Shown: positions 60,201-64,000 of the stretch, piece after piece
How positions within the stretch are numbered: position 1 is the stretch's first letter
Layout of the letters: every line of letters begins with the position of its first letter
From: Raillietiella orientalis
Taxonomy: Eukaryota
Direction: 5' to 3'
Assembly: GCA_036172245.1 (NCBI GenBank)
Contig: JAYWIR010000018.1
Coordinates: forward strand, 2,356,001-2,420,000
Length of the DNA: 64,000 nucleotides
Made by a program: the position numbers and the translations under genes
Notes under the pieces: model-generated
What the model was told of the DNA's origin: nothing
Seen by the model: the letters and a program-made list of their open reading frames with translations, nothing else
Database searches by the model: none

Positions 60201-60546
60201 CTGTCACTGGACCACCTAAGATCTCTTGTGGCTGAGAAACGGGGGGGAGGGGAGGATAGGGAAGGTGCGCTCGCGCACCGCTGGCAGATGGCGACTGTGA
60301 GGCAAGTACGTGCTCTGAGGAGAAAGAAGAGACGCGGTGCAGCAGCCAGACGAGCATCTTCGTGGGCGCCAGGAGTCAGGGTTAGGAGGAAGGGGAGTCG
60401 ATTTGGTTGAGGGAAATTGAGGAAGCAGACAGTAGAAGAACGAGCCCAGACCCCCTGGAAACTTGCCACGGGGTATCAATGCTGCAAGGAGGGAGAAAGA
60501 TGGGTTTCCTTATCTCCAATAACAACAGTCCGCACGGCCACCTTCT

Positions 60547-61619
60547 CCGTCGCTGCCAGCCCGCGAAGGGCCAAGGCATGCCTCACTCTGCATAGCTCCT
60601 CTCCAGCTGGAGAGCTTGTAGGCGTGAGATTCTTCAGGTGGAGGCTAGCCTCTGCGCGCGACAGATTAAACCTTTCGGGTTCCCAAAACTCCAGGAACGC
60701 GGCGGGAAAGTACGTGCGTACTCCCGTGGACCGCTGGGGAGGCTGGGCTCATGACACCGCAAAGCAGTCCTCCCTCGATCAGGAGCACCTGCTGTTCTTG
60801 GCTGTCTTCCCCTCTGAAGGGAGGAGGCGGCGGAAGGAGAGCCTGGATGCCGCTCTCGATGTCCGCCACCGGATCGGTGCGCGGACCGTTTGCGGGCGGC
60901 GATTCCCTTCCCGGAGGTGAGGGGGTCAGCTCCTTTCTCTCCTTTTAACTAGGCGCACGCACTTCTTGCACCAGCAAGACGGAGGGAGACCCTTGATTCA
61001 CACTCCGATACTCTCCTCCTCCCCCGGAGAACCTGCGGCATCACTCCCTAAGCTCAGCTTCTTGCTCGCCCTGGTGAGAGGCAAGCCATCAGAGGCTCCC
61101 AGGAGCGCAAAGGGCGCTCCCTCCTTCGGTTGCATAGCAACCTTCCTCGAGCATCAGGAGATGACGAGAGGGGATGCCGTGGCTCACCCCTCCCCGGTCG
61201 CGGAGCTCTCTAGTCCTGTCGTGGCTTCTTCCTGCCCTCCTCTCGGAGGTGGAAGAGGCCCCCAGCCTCTGAGGCTGGAGGACATTCTAGCAGGCGGGGA
61301 ACTCGAAGGCTGCCTTCCACCCCCCCTTCCGACGAGCAGATTCTTTTCGGGGGGAAGGAGCACGAGGGACCATGTACCCCTCCCCTCTCGAGTCTCCACG
61401 ACAGCCCTGCACCTGCCATGGGGACTCTCGCGGGAGTAAGCCCGGGCACTGCTGCCAAGGAACAAGGCGAAAGGAGGTAGCAGTCCGCGGCGTGTGCCTC
61501 TCTTCCCCGACGCCTCGGAGCGCGCTGTCGTGGTGAAGACAGCTCCTGGAGCCGTCAGGGCGGAACTCGGTGCGGTTGCCTTCCCCGTCGCTGCCAGCCC
61601 GCGAAGGGCCAAGGCATGC
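60547..61619 (+). repeat. 35-bp exact direct repeat pair (60547-60581 and 61585-61619)
   Basis: CCGTCGCTGCCAGCCCGCGAAGGGCCAAGGCATGC at both sites. Confidence 0.85.
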
Positions 61620-62790
61620 TTAGAAGCAGCCCAGAAGACGGATGGGATCGGAGCACGCGGGAGGTGTTCCTGTTTCTGTGCATCATTCGCGTTCCCTTCC
61701 TCCTCCCTTCAAGGAGCGACGTCGACTCCCCTTTCTTCCAGGAACGCACGGGAGGAAGGAGGGGGAGTGATTCGGAGGCCTGCGATGCTGGGAGATGAAG
61801 GGAAGGGTGGAAGGGGGTGGGTGGACACGCATACACTCTGAGAGCACCTCCTCGACCGGATCCTTTTCTTTCCGAGCTCCTCCGCATCCGTCGCGAATCT
61901 TTTGACGGCGGCGTCGGGAACACTGAGAGAGGTAGAGATGCGGAGCATCCTCGTCCTCCTCTCTCACCCCCGCACCTGCTCACCGGGAGGCTGAACAGCC
62001 CGGCCTCCCAATCGGTCAAGGAGCGCGGCACGGTTGCCCCTCGGGGCTGTCCTCCTCGACCGAGCCCGCGCTCGGTCACCCGAGAGAGTGATGGCTGCCT
62101 TCCGTGCACGCACGGAGTACCAGCAGCTCCGCCCGCCGAGACGGGCACGCCGATCCGAAATTCGTCCAATCAGCATCGCACCTGTTGCGGCCCGTTCCTG
62201 CTCTTTCCCCCGGCGAGCGCACATGGCACGATGGGGGCTCATCTCTCAGCGCACGTCGGGACCGACGGCGGGATTTTTGCTGTCCTCAAGAGAGGAGCCG
62301 AGTTTTGCCCCCAAGGAAGGATGTCCACGCTGTAAGAGGGGAGGCGGCGCCTTTCATCTACCAGGCTGTTCCTCCTGTACCCCGACCCTCCGAGGTCAAA
62401 AGCAGTTCTCTCCGAAGATCCTCTTTCTTTGGCACGTGCCGGGGGAACGATATGTCGCCGAAGGGCGGAACGGACGGCAGAGGCAGCCCGTAAGGGCAGG
62501 CGCAGAGGGGCGGCAGGGGTGTTTCGGCGAGGCCAGGAGGCGTGACTCCGAGTGACGAAGGCAAAGGCAACCCCTGAAACGTGTGCCCCGTCCTCTCCCG
62601 CACGGAATTCAGCGAAGCACGAGTGGACCGCGCGCAAGCAGTTGTGGAGTCATTAGCGTGAGATGTCTCGCGTCTATTCCCCCGTGGTATAACATTCCCG
62701 CTTTTTGGTGCATCCTTCCTACCACCACCGTTTCGTTGAGTGCCTCCCTGCGAAATTCCTCGGTCATCACACGGGACCGCACGAGGACGA

Positions 62791-62824
<34 letters not shown>

Positions 62825-62828
62825 CGTA

Positions 62829-62865
<37 letters not shown>

Positions 62866-62890
62866 CCTCACATGCGCGCGTACACACACA
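62791..62890. repeat. Compound microsatellite (TC)n(TG)n + T18A19 + (CA)n
   Basis: Directly visible. Confidence 0.9.
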
Positions 62891-63276
62891 TGTGCACATC
62901 GCCAGCCTGATTTTTAGCTGCAGTTTTGGGTGCACGATCCTTCCCCAGCAGAGGATGATGTGTGCCGCGTTGTTCTGATACGCCTGCGAAGATGTGCGGC
63001 CCCAAAGTGACAATCCCCGCGCAGTACTGTTGAGCCAGCGGTAGTCACGTATGTTGCGATTATAGCTGCCGGGAATATGTGGAACGACCCTGTCTGAAAT
63101 TTGTTTTTGCTGTGTTTCAAGAAAAACGGTGAAATGCTGGGAAAAGTTTCGCATTAAGTCCTGCTTGTTGCACACCCTCGCAATGAGTGCCCGGCCCCAG
63201 CTTGCTAGGAAGCACGTGTAGAATATTGAACGGGAATATGGATGCAAGACATCTATGGATTCATGTGCGATGATTC

Positions 63277-63384
63277 ATGATGATCTTACTCCTTGTGATG
63301 ATTAGTGCTTTGACGGAAGTGATTTCCAGAGAGAACAGGCAGCAGTACGTCGAAGCGAGGTGCAAGTCGTTCTGCTATTCCTTG
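63277..63384 (+). CDS. Probable first coding exon of a secreted Cys-rich protein, possibly anosmin-1/KAL1-like: MMILLLVMISALTEVISRENRQQYVEARCKSFCYSL
   Basis: ATG plus a hydrophobic signal-peptide-like start and a TTG|gtgaga donor. ARCxSxCxSL resembles the anosmin-1 N-terminal ARCASRCLSL (recalled from memory, not searched). The rest of the gene is not seen in the window. Confidence 0.5.
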
Positions 63385-64000
63385 GTGAGATATAGGAAAT
63401 TCTTTTTGGAATGGATGCTTTTTCGCGTCGTCTCCGCAAATCTGCTTTTCGTTTTTCGAAATGCAAGCGTTCGAGACGAGCATCGTCTTGGCAAGCAAAA
63501 AGGTCTTTCTTCTTCTTCTACTTCTTTCCACCGGCAATGATAAATTTGGTAGGCATTTTTTATGCTAATTGAAGCTAATGGCTGCATCACGGGGAATGTT
63601 GGGAAATCTAAATGGAGGAGTTGTTGCTGTTGGAACGCCCGGGGCGATGGCTTTGCAAAGCTGGACGAGGGTGTTCCTTTGGTGTTCTTTCTGCATCGCG
63701 GCAGGGGGTTCGCCGGAACCAGCCGCGTTGCCTAGCAAAGTCGCCCCGTGCACCGAAGGAAGCGCTCGGTGCACGGGAGGACCACGTCGCGAAAGGACCA
63801 CCTTGCCCGTTGGCTAATTTGGCTTTTTCCCTTCTTTTCTCTCCTGATTCATGTGGTGGGATTTTGTATCAATGGGTGTTTCTCGGGTTTCCAGGGCTTT
63901 TATGACGTCCCGGATGGACAGTTTCATTCGGTAACAGCAAGTTGCAGCTACAACTGCAGTTACCACATGAAAAAACACCGAATGAATAGATCCTTACTTA

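Noticed and set aside
63569..63817. 82-aa ORF with a signal-like segment
   Set aside because: No convincing splice sites or motif; probably intronic.
1..64000. Prokaryotic systems (CRISPR, operons, defence islands)
   Set aside because: The sequence is spliced eukaryotic DNA; no regular repeat-spacer array or dense ORF packing is seen.

Overview
Eukaryotic (invertebrate, probably arthropod) genomic DNA; most six-frame ORFs are spurious. The main content is a tail-to-tail pair of intron-containing paralogous Cys-loop (pentameric) ligand-gated ion channel subunit genes. Gene A (+, 8 exons, 2925-17069) is 5'-partial; gene B (-, 9 exons, 45203-26512) lacks a located signal-peptide exon. Six homologous exons have identical lengths (80/82/139/83/157/205 nt) and phases. 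Both proteins are anion-channel-clade-like and best resemble the pHCl-2/hodor ('insect group I') family. They carry atypical residues: no PAR filter (EAR/SSR), Gln at M2 2', loop-B Trp, an extra shared Cys pair, very short M3-M4 loops, and in gene B a lost M1 Pro. Introns and the intergenic region hold several fragments of a composite retroposon: a tRNA-like double B-box head, L1/Tx1-like ORF remnants with a C-terminal zinc-finger motif, and a 3' hairpin plus A-tail. Its 3' ends repeatedly abut inverted copies of its own head. A ~280-bp inverted repeat pair brackets the pore-forming exon of gene B. The first coding exon of a secreted, possibly anosmin-1/KAL1-like protein lies at 63277-63384. 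All family assignments come from manual motif recognition; no database search was run.
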